Source: a candidate division FCPU426 bacterium (lineage in GTDB: Bacteria > Oederibacteriota > Muellerivitia > Muellerivitales > Muellerivitaceae). Taken from it: a stretch of 64,000 bases of DNA. Position 1 is the first letter of the stretch. Each line of letters starts with the position of its first letter. The notes under the pieces are model-generated. The model did no database searches, was not told the origin of the DNA, and worked only from the letters and a program-made list of their open reading frames with translations. The stretch lies in NCBI GenBank assembly GCA_963738405.1, contig CAVTWJ010000009.1, forward strand, positions 160,001 through 224,000, read 5' to 3'. Positions 1 to 10,176 of this stretch are shown in pieces. The translations under genes were made by a program, and so were the position numbers.

Positions 1-126
1 GCGGGCCCCCACACCGTGGAGGTGACAACTCTTTTTCAAAGGTCGAAGGCCCCTCCTGCGGTCTCGATACATCTCAAGGGCGACCCGAGCCCTCCCCGTT
101 CATTGTGGTCTGGCTTTGTTTTTTAG
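1..126 (+). CDS. 3' end (partial) of a GT-C/PA14-like membrane protein, paralog of 6542..9265
   Basis: Frame 1 reads AGPHTVEVTTLFQRSKAPPAVSIHLKGDPSPPRSLWSGFVF*, aligning with the C-terminus of 6542..9265 (PGYHSVEVDTCFQFSRGAP...QSLWSSFEF*). Confidence 0.75.
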   Translation, partial: AGPHTVEVTTLFQRSKAPPAVSIHLKGDPSPPRSLWSGFVF

Positions 127-211
127 AAATGGACAGATCCAAGCGACAGATAAATTTTCTGGAATGGGCGGTATCTTCATTGAAATATAACGGTTTAAAT
201 TTTAATAAGAA

Positions 212-1291
212 TCAATTTTGGAAATCGACCTTACCCTTGGAAAAAAAAAGAGGTTTGGGATCAAACTGGTTCCTGAAAGGGAACCGAGCTTTTTTTAGAT
301 AATCGATGGCGAAGATTTGGTTGCCATAGGGCCAAATTATCTTGCCTAAGATCTTTCCATCCCCAAGCCTTACCGCCACCACACCGCACCGACTTTTTTG
401 ATGGCTTAGTCCCGGGGCATAGGCATGGAATCTGGGAAGAACACGGGAAATCCCGACGAAGAGGACATCCTCAATGAAGCAAAGACCCCGGGTCCACCCC
501 TCCAGTTGAACCAGCGGATGAAAAAAGCCCTCCTTGATCCGACCGACCTGTCCGTACCCGCTGTTATCCACCCACAATTCCTTGCCGTGAAGACGGGCCG
601 AGTGAGGACGGGTTAACCCGAAGGCCATGGGCTCACGCGATTTTCCTGAAAAAATGACGCCGGTTCCATCGACGGGAAAATCCGGGTCCCCAGGGACCTT
701 CGTGAGCATGCGGTCACTGGAGGCGGAAAAGAAGGAATCGGACAACGTTTTTCCTGCGGCGATGGAATTTAATTGCAGGTGGTTTTGATGAAAAACAGGT
801 TTGGTTTTTTCAATGCATCGGGGCCACCAAACCCTCTGGGCCTCCCGGTCATAACCCAAACGGACAACTGCATTGTGGCCCACCGCGTTTCCATATAGAT
901 CTTCTTGGATCAGGGCCAAATCATGCAAATAAAGCGATCCTGGCAGCACCTTGATTCGAGAGGGAAAAAGTGTTTCGCCCTTCAGTTCCATCAAAAGGTT
1001 GGGATTCCGGGTGCAGGCGATATGAACCGTATGCCGTTTCCAGTCCACCGCGAGCCCAGAAGGATGGGGGAGAGGGAGCCAGGAAGTTTCTTTTGGGCCC
1101 AGGGCAAGGACCAAATGCTCGTATTCACGGGTAACCAAAAGGGTGACATCCAACCTTTTAAGGGTTTCTTTCCAGCCCCGATCCGCTTTGGATTCAAGGA
1201 CTTTGGGGTTAGTGTCTAGCCCAGTCCATAAACCGAAGGCCTGGGCTGGTTCCCGAAAAAGGGAATTCTGTATTTTGTGAAGGGTACTCAT
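212..1291 (-). CDS. TIGR03032/DUF4915 family beta-propeller-like protein
   Basis: Motifs LHDLA, HLQLNSIA, RPHSAR, GWTRGL; ATG at 1291 (MSTLH) overlaps the GT2 stop (ATGA). Confidence 0.75.
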   Translation of the reverse strand: MSTLHKIQNSLFREPAQAFGLWTGLDTNPKVLESKADRGWKETLKRLDVTLLVTREYEHLVLALGPKETSWLPLPHPSGLAVDWKRHTVHIACTRNPNLLMELKGETLFPSRIKVLPGSLYLHDLALIQEDLYGNAVGHNAVVRLGYDREAQRVWWPRCIEKTKPVFHQNHLQLNSIAAGKTLSDSFFSASSDRMLTKVPGDPDFPVDGTGVIFSGKSREPMAFGLTRPHSARLHGKELWVDNSGYGQVGRIKEGFFHPLVQLEGWTRGLCFIEDVLFVGISRVLPRFHAYAPGLSHQKSRCGVVAVRLGDGKILGKIIWPYGNQIFAIDYLKKARFPFRNQFDPKPLFFSKGKVDFQN

Positions 1292-1965
1292 TTCATGACC
1301 CCGCGAAGCTGAAAGGCGCCTTGGTACATTCGCAATGCGCTCTTGAAGCCGGTGGTGGATTTGCCCCCGTGGCGGCTCCAGCCGGTCTGGGGAAGTTCGA
1401 GGATGGGTATCTTTAACCTCGCGCAATGGGCTAAAAGCTCGGCGTCCATTAAATCTCCTGGCGAAATCAATTCGATCTGTTTTAGAAGCTGGCGGGAAAA
1501 CATTTTGGGAGTACCGTTCACGTCATGACAGGTCACGCCGAATAAGAGCCTGCATTCCAGGTTGTAAAGGGCGGAGCCCATCTCTCTCAAAAAATGGTGG
1601 CGTTCATACCGAGAAACCTTAGCCAATCCCCCGGCATTTTTTTTTAACAGATTAAATAGGAGGGGAAGGGTCGTTGGATCGGTTCGCGCCGAATTGGCAT
1701 ATGAAACAAATTTCCCCCGGCAGGCCTTTAAGCCCACCCGTACCGAAAGGCCCCAGCCTCCCGGAGGATTTTCCACTACCCGGACGGATTTGTGCTTTTT
1801 CGCGATGAATTGGCAGATGCGGGGGGAATTGTCCGTGCAGGCGTTGGGAACCAGGATGTATTCCCATTTCCGGCCCTTTAATTGGGCAAGATAGTTTTGA
1901 ACGACGCCGCCGATATGATCCGCCTGATTCCTCACGGGAAGCACGACGGATAATTCAGGGACCAT
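1288..1965 (-). CDS. Glycosyltransferase family 2 (dolichol-phosphate mannose synthase-like)
   Basis: N-terminal LSVVLPVRNQ; DVNGTPKMF; the usual DxD positions are atypical (VPNACTD, YANSA). Confidence 0.8.
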   Translation of the reverse strand: MVPELSVVLPVRNQADHIGGVVQNYLAQLKGRKWEYILVPNACTDNSPRICQFIAKKHKSVRVVENPPGGWGLSVRVGLKACRGKFVSYANSARTDPTTLPLLFNLLKKNAGGLAKVSRYERHHFLREMGSALYNLECRLLFGVTCHDVNGTPKMFSRQLLKQIELISPGDLMDAELLAHCARLKIPILELPQTGWSRHGGKSTTGFKSALRMYQGAFQLRGVMK

Positions 1966-1967
1966 AC

Positions 1968-2879
1968 TTAGTTTTTGCCCAGAAGGGATCGAATTTCGTC
2001 CTCAAGTGCCACGGGTCCAATCCCAGCGTGATCGCACATAAACCGGCGGGAACCGGTCACTCCCAGCGGAATGGTCCGAACGGCCATGGATTTAAAGACC
2101 GCGGGATGACCGGAGGCCGCCAGGGTCTCGGCAATCAAGGAACCCAATCCACCTTGGGCATAGTGTTCCTCAATCGAAATCACGGCTTTGAAATTCTTAA
2201 TCAATTGAAGGAGGGATCCGGTGGGCGCTGGATTGAGTGTTGAAACGATCCCAACCGTTCCCTTTTTGAGTCTTGTGGATACTTCCACAACCTCCGGAGC
2301 CAGGGAGCCCGTCGTCAACAAAAGAACTTCTTCGCCCTGGCCGATGGTTTCGACCGTTGCAAATGAAAATCTTCCGTTCAATCCCGGGACCTCGGCGTCT
2401 CCGCCCTTGCCGATCCGGTAATAAACAGGTCCCATGTGGTCAAATGTCGCTCGGATCGCCGTCCGGGTTTGGGCGGGATCGGCCGGGGCGATGACGACCA
2501 GACCTGGCTGGGTTCGCATGATGGAAAAATCCTCCAGGGCGTAGTGGGTAATTCCCGCATGTCCATAGGCGAAGCCCCCGCCGATGCCAATGACACGGAC
2601 CGGAAGCCGGTGCAGACTGGGTCCATTGCGAATCTGTTCGTAACCGCGCATGGAGGCGAAGGTGGCGATGGAATATACATAGGGGATCCAGCCTTCGCAG
2701 GCCAAACCGGTGGCTAGTCCGATCATATTGGCTTCCGCCACACCCACGTTGATGAACCGATTGGGGAAAGTTTTCGCAAATTTTTCCAATACCGTAAAGC
2801 CCAGATCCCCCGTGAGAAGACAGATCCTCTTATCTTTCTCGGCTAGTTCCATGAGGGTTTCGATGAAGGCGGTTCTCAC
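1968..2879 (-). CDS. Transketolase-like protein, C-terminal subunit
   Basis: RFINVGVAEANM, THYALED, IEEHY..GGLGS motifs. Confidence 0.9.
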   Translation of the reverse strand: MRTAFIETLMELAEKDKRICLLTGDLGFTVLEKFAKTFPNRFINVGVAEANMIGLATGLACEGWIPYVYSIATFASMRGYEQIRNGPSLHRLPVRVIGIGGGFAYGHAGITHYALEDFSIMRTQPGLVVIAPADPAQTRTAIRATFDHMGPVYYRIGKGGDAEVPGLNGRFSFATVETIGQGEEVLLLTTGSLAPEVVEVSTRLKKGTVGIVSTLNPAPTGSLLQLIKNFKAVISIEEHYAQGGLGSLIAETLAASGHPAVFKSMAVRTIPLGVTGSRRFMCDHAGIGPVALEDEIRSLLGKN

Positions 2880-3649
2880 GCTTGTTTCTCCAATTCAGAC
2901 AGGGCCTGGCGTGTTTGTTCAGAAGTGAGGGGGAAATAATGCCATTCCAGCTTGCCTTCCATAAAGGAAACGCCTTTACCGGCCACGGTGCGGGCCACGA
3001 TGGCCAAGGGCTTGTCCCCGTGAAAAGTTAGGGCCTCTTCCAAGGCTCGGAGGTCATGCCCATCTACTGTCCGGGCGTCCCACCCAAAAGCCTTCAACCG
3101 GTTCTCCAGGGGTTGCAGATCGAGGATGTCCCGGGTCGGCCCCATGGCCTGCATGCCGTTATCATCAATAATCATGATGAGATTGGTCAGCTTGTGTTGG
3201 GCCGCGAACATGACCGCTTCCCAGATGGAACCCTCGTTGCATTCGGCGTCGCTGACGAGCACATAGACTTTCCAGGCCGATCCCCGCTTTTGAGACGAAA
3301 GCGCCATGCCCGCACCCACCGACAAACCCATTCCCAGAGATCCGGTCGAGATTTCAATGCCGGGGGTCCCAAATTCGGGATGGACCCCGAGGGCCGAGCC
3401 CTCCTTGCAGAATGTTTCCAATTCTTCCTGTGTGATCAGCCCTTTTATTCGAAGTGCCGCATACTGGGCCAGGGCGGCATGGCCTTTGGAAAGAATAAAG
3501 CGGTCGCGGTCAGGCCCGGGAAAGTTTTGGAGAATTTTGCCGTAGAGAAGAGAAAGGATATCGCAAATGCAGAGAGCCGAAGAAATATGGCCCACTTTTG
3601 CCAACAGGGAAGTCTCGATTACGATTCGACGCAGATCGTTTCCGGTCAT
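2876..3649 (-). CDS. Transketolase-like protein, N-terminal (ThDP-binding) subunit
   Basis: GHISS, DRFILSKGHA, GVHP, TGSLGMGL, SDAECNEG...N motif, TVAGKG. Confidence 0.9.
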   Translation of the reverse strand: MTGNDLRRIVIETSLLAKVGHISSALCICDILSLLYGKILQNFPGPDRDRFILSKGHAALAQYAALRIKGLITQEELETFCKEGSALGVHPEFGTPGIEISTGSLGMGLSVGAGMALSSQKRGSAWKVYVLVSDAECNEGSIWEAVMFAAQHKLTNLIMIIDDNGMQAMGPTRDILDLQPLENRLKAFGWDARTVDGHDLRALEEALTFHGDKPLAIVARTVAGKGVSFMEGKLEWHYFPLTSEQTRQALSELEKQA

Positions 3650-3692
3650 GCCCGCCGCCTCGTCTGAATTTGATTTGAATCAGGAAAGACCG

Positions 3693-4622
3693 TTACCGCC
3701 AAAAGTTTTCATAATTCAATATTTGAAGCCAGGGGCCGGCCCGCTGGGCCACCTCCGCGCGCTCACTTTCAGTTAATTCTTTGGCCGTGGCGAGATTGGC
3801 CTCAGGGGTAGGGGTGCGGATCGTGCCCCAGGGATAGACGGTCGTGAGAGGTTGGCTGTTCCAAGTGGGTTTGGCTAGTGTTGGCGAAGGTTTCAATCCA
3901 ACCTTTTGGCAGAATTCGCCGAGGACTTTTTCAGGGTCCTGAATGATGTCCTCGAACCGGAGGACATGAACCCGTTTGGGTTCGCGGTCCCTCCACATCA
4001 GGGCGTAATACTGGCAAAGGGTCCAGCCGATCATGTAGTGCTCAAGAGAAAGAGGAACTGCGCGCTTTTTGGTGTCGGCAAAGGCGGACCAGGGATTACG
4101 GACGATGTGGAGCATATGGCCATCCGGCAGGTCGGCCATGATCTTGGCCGCATCCACAACAAGAATCGGACTGTAGCCTAGGAAAGCCTGAGGATCGGAG
4201 GGCTTCTTGTAATCTTTCCAAGCTTCAAAGGTTGCCTTGAAAAAGGTCTCGACCAGATTTCCCCTTGTGCGGGGCATTTTGGACATTAAATCGATAAAGA
4301 TTTTTTTCCGTTCTTCATCATCCAACTGCATGGGCGTGTCGCGGAATTTGCTCGATTGCGGGGTGCGATATCGAACCTTTCCCTCTTCATCAATGATGGC
4401 GTGATAATCCCCGGACAGGGAGGCGCTTAAATCAAATACTGGCCAGCGATATTTTTGAGGAAAAGTGGTCTCAAAATGATCCCGAACCAGCTTGGACCCT
4501 AATTGGGATTCGAAAGGATAAACATACAATTGAGGATGGCCGTCCAACAACCGATGGGTGGTGTTTCCACCATTTTCATACATGGCGGAAATCATGATGA
4601 GTTTCAGTTTTTGATTATCCAT
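3693..4622 (-). CDS. Sulfotransferase-fold protein (divergent)
   Basis: GGNTTHRLLDGHP, HIVRNP, LRFEDIIQDPEKVL pattern typical of the Sulfotransfer_3 family. Confidence 0.7.
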   Translation of the reverse strand: MDNQKLKLIMISAMYENGGNTTHRLLDGHPQLYVYPFESQLGSKLVRDHFETTFPQKYRWPVFDLSASLSGDYHAIIDEEGKVRYRTPQSSKFRDTPMQLDDEERKKIFIDLMSKMPRTRGNLVETFFKATFEAWKDYKKPSDPQAFLGYSPILVVDAAKIMADLPDGHMLHIVRNPWSAFADTKKRAVPLSLEHYMIGWTLCQYYALMWRDREPKRVHVLRFEDIIQDPEKVLGEFCQKVGLKPSPTLAKPTWNSQPLTTVYPWGTIRTPTPEANLATAKELTESERAEVAQRAGPWLQILNYENFWR

Positions 4623-4671
4623 AAAGTTGTGTTGAACTTTATCAATGGTTCAGAATGCTGTCAACCTGGAA

Positions 4672-6180
4672 CTAAATCTTGCTCGGTATGAAGAACTTAA
4701 GTCGTTGCGATATCCGAAGTAGAGCGCCAGCGAGTCGGGTGTGGGGCTTGCCTGTCCAGAGATCTTTTAAAAGTCTCCAAATTCGAAAGGGCCTGATTAA
4801 AAAGCTGGCAGAAAAGAAAACAACGATACCAATTCCCCTAAAAAAGAAGAGGGACCAGGTAGGGATGAATTCTGAAAAGGAACGGGTGTTGGTTAAGAGC
4901 CTATAAAAGTAGGGATCGTTTAATGAAACCTTGTTTTCTTTCTGAAGTCTTTCGAACAGGGCTGAACCAGGGTAGGGTGAAAAAGGGAAAAAGGATAGTT
5001 CGTGCAGGCCTGCAAAGGCCAATTGAAGAGAGAACCCGTAACTGGCGAACACATCCACGATCCTTTCATCGGGAAACCCTACAATAAAATTGGCTTTGGT
5101 GACGATCCCCACTTCGACGGCTTGTCGGACTGAATCCGCCATTTTACCCTTATGAATTTTCTTTTTGATGAGTTGAAGCATCCGCGCCGACCCGCTTTCC
5201 GGGGCGTAGATGATGTGGCGGCATCCGGATTTGTATAGAAGCTTAGAAACCTCCCCATCCAGAATTTCCGAGCGCGTTCCAGAGGGAAGCTGCCATGTGA
5301 TAGGAAGACCGCTGTCAATTATGATTTTGGCCATCTTAAGAATCCAGTCGCGTTGAACGATCATAGTCAAATCGTAAATGTCGAAGTTTGTCACCTTGTA
5401 TTTTTCAAAGTAACCCTTCATCTCGGCTAGAACCAGGGCCGGATCCCGGGCTTTCCAAATATTTCCCCACATCTGGGGATTGGAACAAAAAGTGCATTGA
5501 AAGGGGCAGCCGCGACTTGCCAACATCGGGATTGTCCGGCCCAGATCCACGCCGGCCATGGCTTTGCTATCAAGATATTTATTGATAGGAAAAAGGTCCC
5601 AGGCAGGAACGGGGATTTGATCAATCTCCCGCACCCTATCCCGACGAGGATTGCGTTGAACCTCTCCCTCGGTATTGCGAAAAGCGATGCCTTGGACTTG
5701 GCTTATGTCCGACCCTGATGAAAGGGTATTGGCCAAATCGACCATGGTTTGCTCCCCCTCTCCCAAGGCGCAATAATCCAATGCGAGGCAAGTTTTTAAA
5801 ACAAATTCCGAGCAGGAGGTAATGTGTTCACCGCCGGCCAAGAGGGTCGCTTTTGGAAAACTTTTCCGAATTCGGTTAATAAGCAAGCGTACTTGGGGCC
5901 ATTCGGTTGAGAACATGCAAGAAAACCCGATAAGGTCACAGTCGGGTGGCAATTGAGTTGCGATTTCATCGTCCGATATACCCAACCGCAGGATTTTGGG
6001 AAACTCAGGAATCGGACTAACTCTAGTCAAGCCTTCTCCCACGGCGTCCACGACTAACACTTCATGTCCAGCCGCTAAGAGGGAACCGGCGATGTAGGCC
6101 AGGCCTAAAGGAGGTACGGCATTTGGTCGGATTTCTAATTTACTAAAAATGGTGGGTGGGCGAAGTAGAGCAATTTTCAT
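4672..6180 (-). CDS. B12-binding domain radical SAM protein
   Basis: PPLGLAYIA, GGEH, GEGE, SRGCPFQCTFC (CxxxCxxC), APESGS. Confidence 0.9.
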   Translation of the reverse strand: MKIALLRPPTIFSKLEIRPNAVPPLGLAYIAGSLLAAGHEVLVVDAVGEGLTRVSPIPEFPKILRLGISDDEIATQLPPDCDLIGFSCMFSTEWPQVRLLINRIRKSFPKATLLAGGEHITSCSEFVLKTCLALDYCALGEGEQTMVDLANTLSSGSDISQVQGIAFRNTEGEVQRNPRRDRVREIDQIPVPAWDLFPINKYLDSKAMAGVDLGRTIPMLASRGCPFQCTFCSNPQMWGNIWKARDPALVLAEMKGYFEKYKVTNFDIYDLTMIVQRDWILKMAKIIIDSGLPITWQLPSGTRSEILDGEVSKLLYKSGCRHIIYAPESGSARMLQLIKKKIHKGKMADSVRQAVEVGIVTKANFIVGFPDERIVDVFASYGFSLQLAFAGLHELSFFPFSPYPGSALFERLQKENKVSLNDPYFYRLLTNTRSFSEFIPTWSLFFFRGIGIVVFFSASFLIRPFRIWRLLKDLWTGKPHTRLAGALLRISQRLKFFIPSKI

Positions 6181-6541
6181 AATTGAATTGTCAGATAATC
6201 CCACTAAAAAAGTAAGTGGTCAACCCAGAGGGTGTATTGAAATTAAAATCTATTCGATTGACGCTTATTCTTTTTACTTAGTAACATGCGATTTTGATGG
6301 ATTGTCATAATTCTGACTGATTAATTGCATTTTAATTTAGTTGTTTCCCAAAAATGAATCCTTGAGGATCATTTATTAAGGAGCTGAATTCTCTTTCCAA
6401 CATTTGAAATGACTTTGGGATAAAGATGTAAGGTTTTAAATCTGGTATATATTTTAAATTACCGTCAGGGTTGAAGTTGAAAGCAGGTTGTTTCGTAATT
6501 TAGGCAAAATCGACCTAATAACAACTTCTTGAAGGATAGGT

Positions 6542-9265
6542 ATGGCGCGAAAAACTCGATTGTCGAAAAAAAATCTTCCCCCTGGTAGTAAGGAAGCGTC
6601 TTTTAATTCCACACCCGATCGACAACCTCCCGTCGAAAAATCATTCGCGCTTAAATATCTCAGCATGGCCTCCATGTTTTTGCTCATTATTGCCCTTTTT
6701 TGTTTTATGCAAAACACAATGTCATTAGGGGTGGTTTTAGTTGGATTGGCTTGTATCGCACAAGTTTCGAGTGTTCTTTTTGAAAACCGGCCTCCCTGGC
6801 TTTCTCGTATCCTAACCTTCTTCATTCCCGTGAAGGGCGTCGGACTTCTTTTTTTTATAATTGCTATCGTGGCTTTTGGCGGGTATCTCCTGACTTTCGA
6901 GAATTTTACCTGGTTGGCCCCGCCTAAAATTTTGACCCTGCCCTTTCAACAATCATTTGTAATTCTTTTGATTTGTTTTCTCGCGCTCGTCGGTTCATTC
7001 CGCCTAATGCCCCAAGAGCAGACAAAAGATTTTTCTTCTTGGACCGCACGGTTTTGGCTTTTTGTGGCCCTTGGGATAACCGCAGTTCTAGGACTTCATC
7101 ATGCCGATTGGCCAGTTGGAAGCTATTGGGAAGACATGGTGGACGCGGAAGTGGGTTTGGTCCGGAGAGTCGCCCAGTTGCACGATTACCGTGGAGCGTT
7201 CATTTTCGGTGGGATTGTAGAGCCCTTTTATGATTATTTCGAAATATTCATGTTCAGGTTATTTCCCGATGCCTCATCGCTCTTTATACAAAGGCTGTCC
7301 TGCGTTCTGATGGATATGGGGACTGTCTGGGTTTGTTACCTCTTGGGAAAGGAGCTTGTGGACCGGAAAACGGGAGTTTTTGCCGCTGCCGCTATCGCGG
7401 TCAGCAAACCTTTACTTTTCAAAATATTTTGGGGTATTCGATTCATCTGTTTGCCCCTGGGAACCGCCTTAGCGCTTTTATTTTTCTTTCGGGTCTTGAA
7501 GAAACCTTCCCTCAAACATTTTCTTCAGTGGGGAGTGATGTTGGCTTTAGGAGCCTACACCTATTCAACCTTTCGCCCCTTCGTGCCCTTTTTTATTTTC
7601 TTAACCTTTGGATGGGTGTTGCTGAATGATTGGAAAAATAATCTTCGCTGGATCGAATGGGGTTACGTGGGCATTAACGCCTTCGTTTTGCTCACATTCT
7701 TGCTTTACACAAATAACTTCATGCCGAGCGATAACTTTATTTCTCGTTGGCTAGATGCTTCCGGAGCTTTTCTCCCCAGCGTTGTGTTGTGCGGACTCTT
7801 TCTGCTAACCCTGAAGGTTTATCCGAAAATGATTGAGGATGAGGGTAAGCAAAGGTTAACGGCTTGGATAGCGGGGTCTTGGGTGTGTATTTTATTGTGT
7901 TACCCGGTCATGGCCAGTTCCGAAATTATTGAACGAATGCGCAATATGGAACATATCCAGGATTTCTCGACCTTTTTTGACCGAACTCTTTTAAATTTGC
8001 GGTGGACCCTTCAAGGGCTCTTCTTTAACGGCGCTGATCGGTCGGACATGAATATCAACCAAGACGCCTTTTTCAGTTATTCCGAGGATTTGTTAGCCGC
8101 CATCGGATTGGCCTACGCCTTGGCCCGGCCTAATCTTTGGAAAGGCATTCTTATTTTATCGGCATTTGTGGGCATCGCGCCTCATTTCGCCTCGGCGGGC
8201 GCCCACAGCGGCAGGGAGCTGCCTTGTATCGTGCCCTTATTCATTTTAGGAGCAGCTGGTCTCACCTATGTATGGGACCAGACCCTCGCGCTAACCCACC
8301 GGAAGTTTTTGGGGTCCTTGTTAGCTTCAGTGCTTTTGATTTGTTTTTGGCTATGGAGTGCGGGAGTCACCTTTGACCGTTCTTACGATCAATGGGCTGA
8401 GAAATATTTAAACGCGCATATCACTGTCCGGAAATCGGTTTTGCCGGACGAAGAACAAGGGAACCGGGTTTATCTGGAATCCAGCATGCTGGCCGTGGCT
8501 TCAGTTATCTATGAGGGTCACCCGGTCTTTCGATTTTTAGAAAACAAAAACCGAATTTATTTGGATGAAACCGAGAAAACGCCAACGGGTGTCGTCATTT
8601 ACACAAGCGGTGATTCGACCGTTTTGAAGAACAAGCTTCAGCTCGTATTTCCCCAAGCGCAATGGAAGAGCATCTTTATGACGGGCTTTCACTCGGATAA
8701 TCCGGTGGCCTATCGCTGCGCCCTCCCCTTTTCAGCCGTCAAAGATTATTCCGATCAATACCAAATCAAATTAGCCCATAACCCGAAATTAGAGCAAACG
8801 CAGCCTCCCCTTTTCGAGGTTGTCAAGGTATCGAAACCCTACTGGGATCGACTTCTTTCCCCCGGCTATCGGGGCATGACGTGGGGTTGGTTAGCGGATT
8901 GGGACAAGGTCAATCAGGGTGATGCCCCTTTTCGCCCGGACCTTGATTTGGATCAAATGTGCGTGCGGTATTTAGGCTCGATTCATGTGAATTCAAATGG
9001 ACGCTACGATTTGCTATGGGCTTTGGATAACCGTACTTGGGTCAAATTGGATGGGAAACGGGTTCTCGATATTTCGTTCCCGATGACGGATAAATTTATT
9101 TCCCCTCCAGCGAAAGGGAAGGTAGGCCTAACCTTAACCCCGGGTTACCATTCAGTAGAAGTTGATACTTGCTTTCAATTTTCCCGAGGTGCACCCGACT
9201 TGGCATTGTTAAAGAAGGGTGGCTCAGGAAAAGGGCAATCGCTTTGGAGTAGCTTTGAGTTTTAG
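6542..9265 (+). CDS. GT-C (family 39/ArnT-like) multipass glycosyltransferase with C-terminal PA14-like domain
   Basis: Many hydrophobic segments, YWED acidic loop, YTYSTFR; C-terminal GSIHV..GRYDLL..DNRTWVKLDG..LTPGYHSVEV resembles PA14. Confidence 0.7.
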   Translation: MARKTRLSKKNLPPGSKEASFNSTPDRQPPVEKSFALKYLSMASMFLLIIALFCFMQNTMSLGVVLVGLACIAQVSSVLFENRPPWLSRILTFFIPVKGVGLLFFIIAIVAFGGYLLTFENFTWLAPPKILTLPFQQSFVILLICFLALVGSFRLMPQEQTKDFSSWTARFWLFVALGITAVLGLHHADWPVGSYWEDMVDAEVGLVRRVAQLHDYRGAFIFGGIVEPFYDYFEIFMFRLFPDASSLFIQRLSCVLMDMGTVWVCYLLGKELVDRKTGVFAAAAIAVSKPLLFKIFWGIRFICLPLGTALALLFFFRVLKKPSLKHFLQWGVMLALGAYTYSTFRPFVPFFIFLTFGWVLLNDWKNNLRWIEWGYVGINAFVLLTFLLYTNNFMPSDNFISRWLDASGAFLPSVVLCGLFLLTLKVYPKMIEDEGKQRLTAWIAGSWVCILLCYPVMASSEIIERMRNMEHIQDFSTFFDRTLLNLRWTLQGLFFNGADRSDMNINQDAFFSYSEDLLAAIGLAYALARPNLWKGILILSAFVGIAPHFASAGAHSGRELPCIVPLFILGAAGLTYVWDQTLALTHRKFLGSLLASVLLICFWLWSAGVTFDRSYDQWAEKYLNAHITVRKSVLPDEEQGNRVYLESSMLAVASVIYEGHPVFRFLENKNRIYLDETEKTPTGVVIYTSGDSTVLKNKLQLVFPQAQWKSIFMTGFHSDNPVAYRCALPFSAVKDYSDQYQIKLAHNPKLEQTQPPLFEVVKVSKPYWDRLLSPGYRGMTWGWLADWDKVNQGDAPFRPDLDLDQMCVRYLGSIHVNSNGRYDLLWALDNRTWVKLDGKRVLDISFPMTDKFISPPAKGKVGLTLTPGYHSVEVDTCFQFSRGAPDLALLKKGGSGKGQSLWSSFEF

Positions 9266-9375
9266 CCGAGTTGAATATTCATAATCGGTTTTTTCCTTTT
9301 TTTGTGATTCGCTCTCACTTATGTGAAGAATCAACTGATTTGAATTTCGAACGATCCTGAAACAGGGAGGCGATT

Positions 9376-10056
9376 ATGTTTTCAATTTTTTTAAAAGGAT
9401 GCTTGGGATTGATCCTAATGTCTGCAACCGCTTTGTTAGCCCGGGAACGAACCGGCGAGCTTGCTCCCGTGGAGGTTCAAAAGACTCAGCAAGAGGTTAT
9501 GAAGGCCCTTAAAGAGGGTAATGAGTTTCACATGGCCCACCTAGTTCGAAAATCAGGACTCCCCAAGGTGATGGTGGTCAGTTGCGCTGACTCCCGGGTG
9601 CCTCCTGAAGTGGTTTTTCACATGAAGCCGGGCGAGCTTTACACCAACCGAGCATTCGGCAATATTGTGGATAAAGTGATCTTGGGCAGCCTGGAGTATG
9701 GAGCCGATCGGTTGCATTGTTCCGTACTAGTGGTTTTAGGCCACACCGATTGCACGGCCCTTCAAGAGGCTATAAAAGAACATGATCATCCCAAAGCCAG
9801 TAAGGAACTTTGGCGCTCTCTTAACTTGGAAGACTTAAATGACCGGCTTCAGCCGGCCGTAGAGGCCGTCACCGAAACAAGCCTCACCGAGGAACAACGT
9901 TTGGACGCGACGGTGCGCACCAACGTGATCAATACCATGCGCACCATCCGCGAGCAAAGCCCGACTCTTTGGCAATTGGAGCAGGGAGACCTTCTGAAAA
10001 TTGTGGGCTGTGTTTACCATATCGATGGGGGCCGGGTGGAATGGATCAAGGAGTAA
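9376..10056 (+). CDS. Beta-class carbonic anhydrase with predicted signal peptide
   Basis: SCADSRV and GHTDC zinc-ligand motifs; GGGAGG RBS; hydrophobic N-terminus. Confidence 0.88.
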   Translation: MFSIFLKGCLGLILMSATALLARERTGELAPVEVQKTQQEVMKALKEGNEFHMAHLVRKSGLPKVMVVSCADSRVPPEVVFHMKPGELYTNRAFGNIVDKVILGSLEYGADRLHCSVLVVLGHTDCTALQEAIKEHDHPKASKELWRSLNLEDLNDRLQPAVEAVTETSLTEEQRLDATVRTNVINTMRTIREQSPTLWQLEQGDLLKIVGCVYHIDGGRVEWIKE

Positions 10057-10176
10057 AGGGCGGTCAATAATTCCGAACAGCATGGATCAAACGATTTTTT
10101 CTGTCGGGGCCATTTTTTCCTGAGAACATTTAATATAAACTCCGAATATCTCTCCCTAATTAAAGAAGGATTTTAA

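Noticed and set aside
241..1645. A9/T9 homopolymers in glycan genes as phase-variation tracts
   Set aside because: A/T runs of 7-9 are frequent throughout the window.
3670..3683. FNR-like box TTGAT-N4-ATCAG
   Set aside because: It sits in a 43-nt gap inside an operon with no evident promoter; probably chance.
9303..9319. CRP-like site TGTGA...TCACT upstream of the carbonic anhydrase
   Set aside because: The spacer is 7 nt, not 6.
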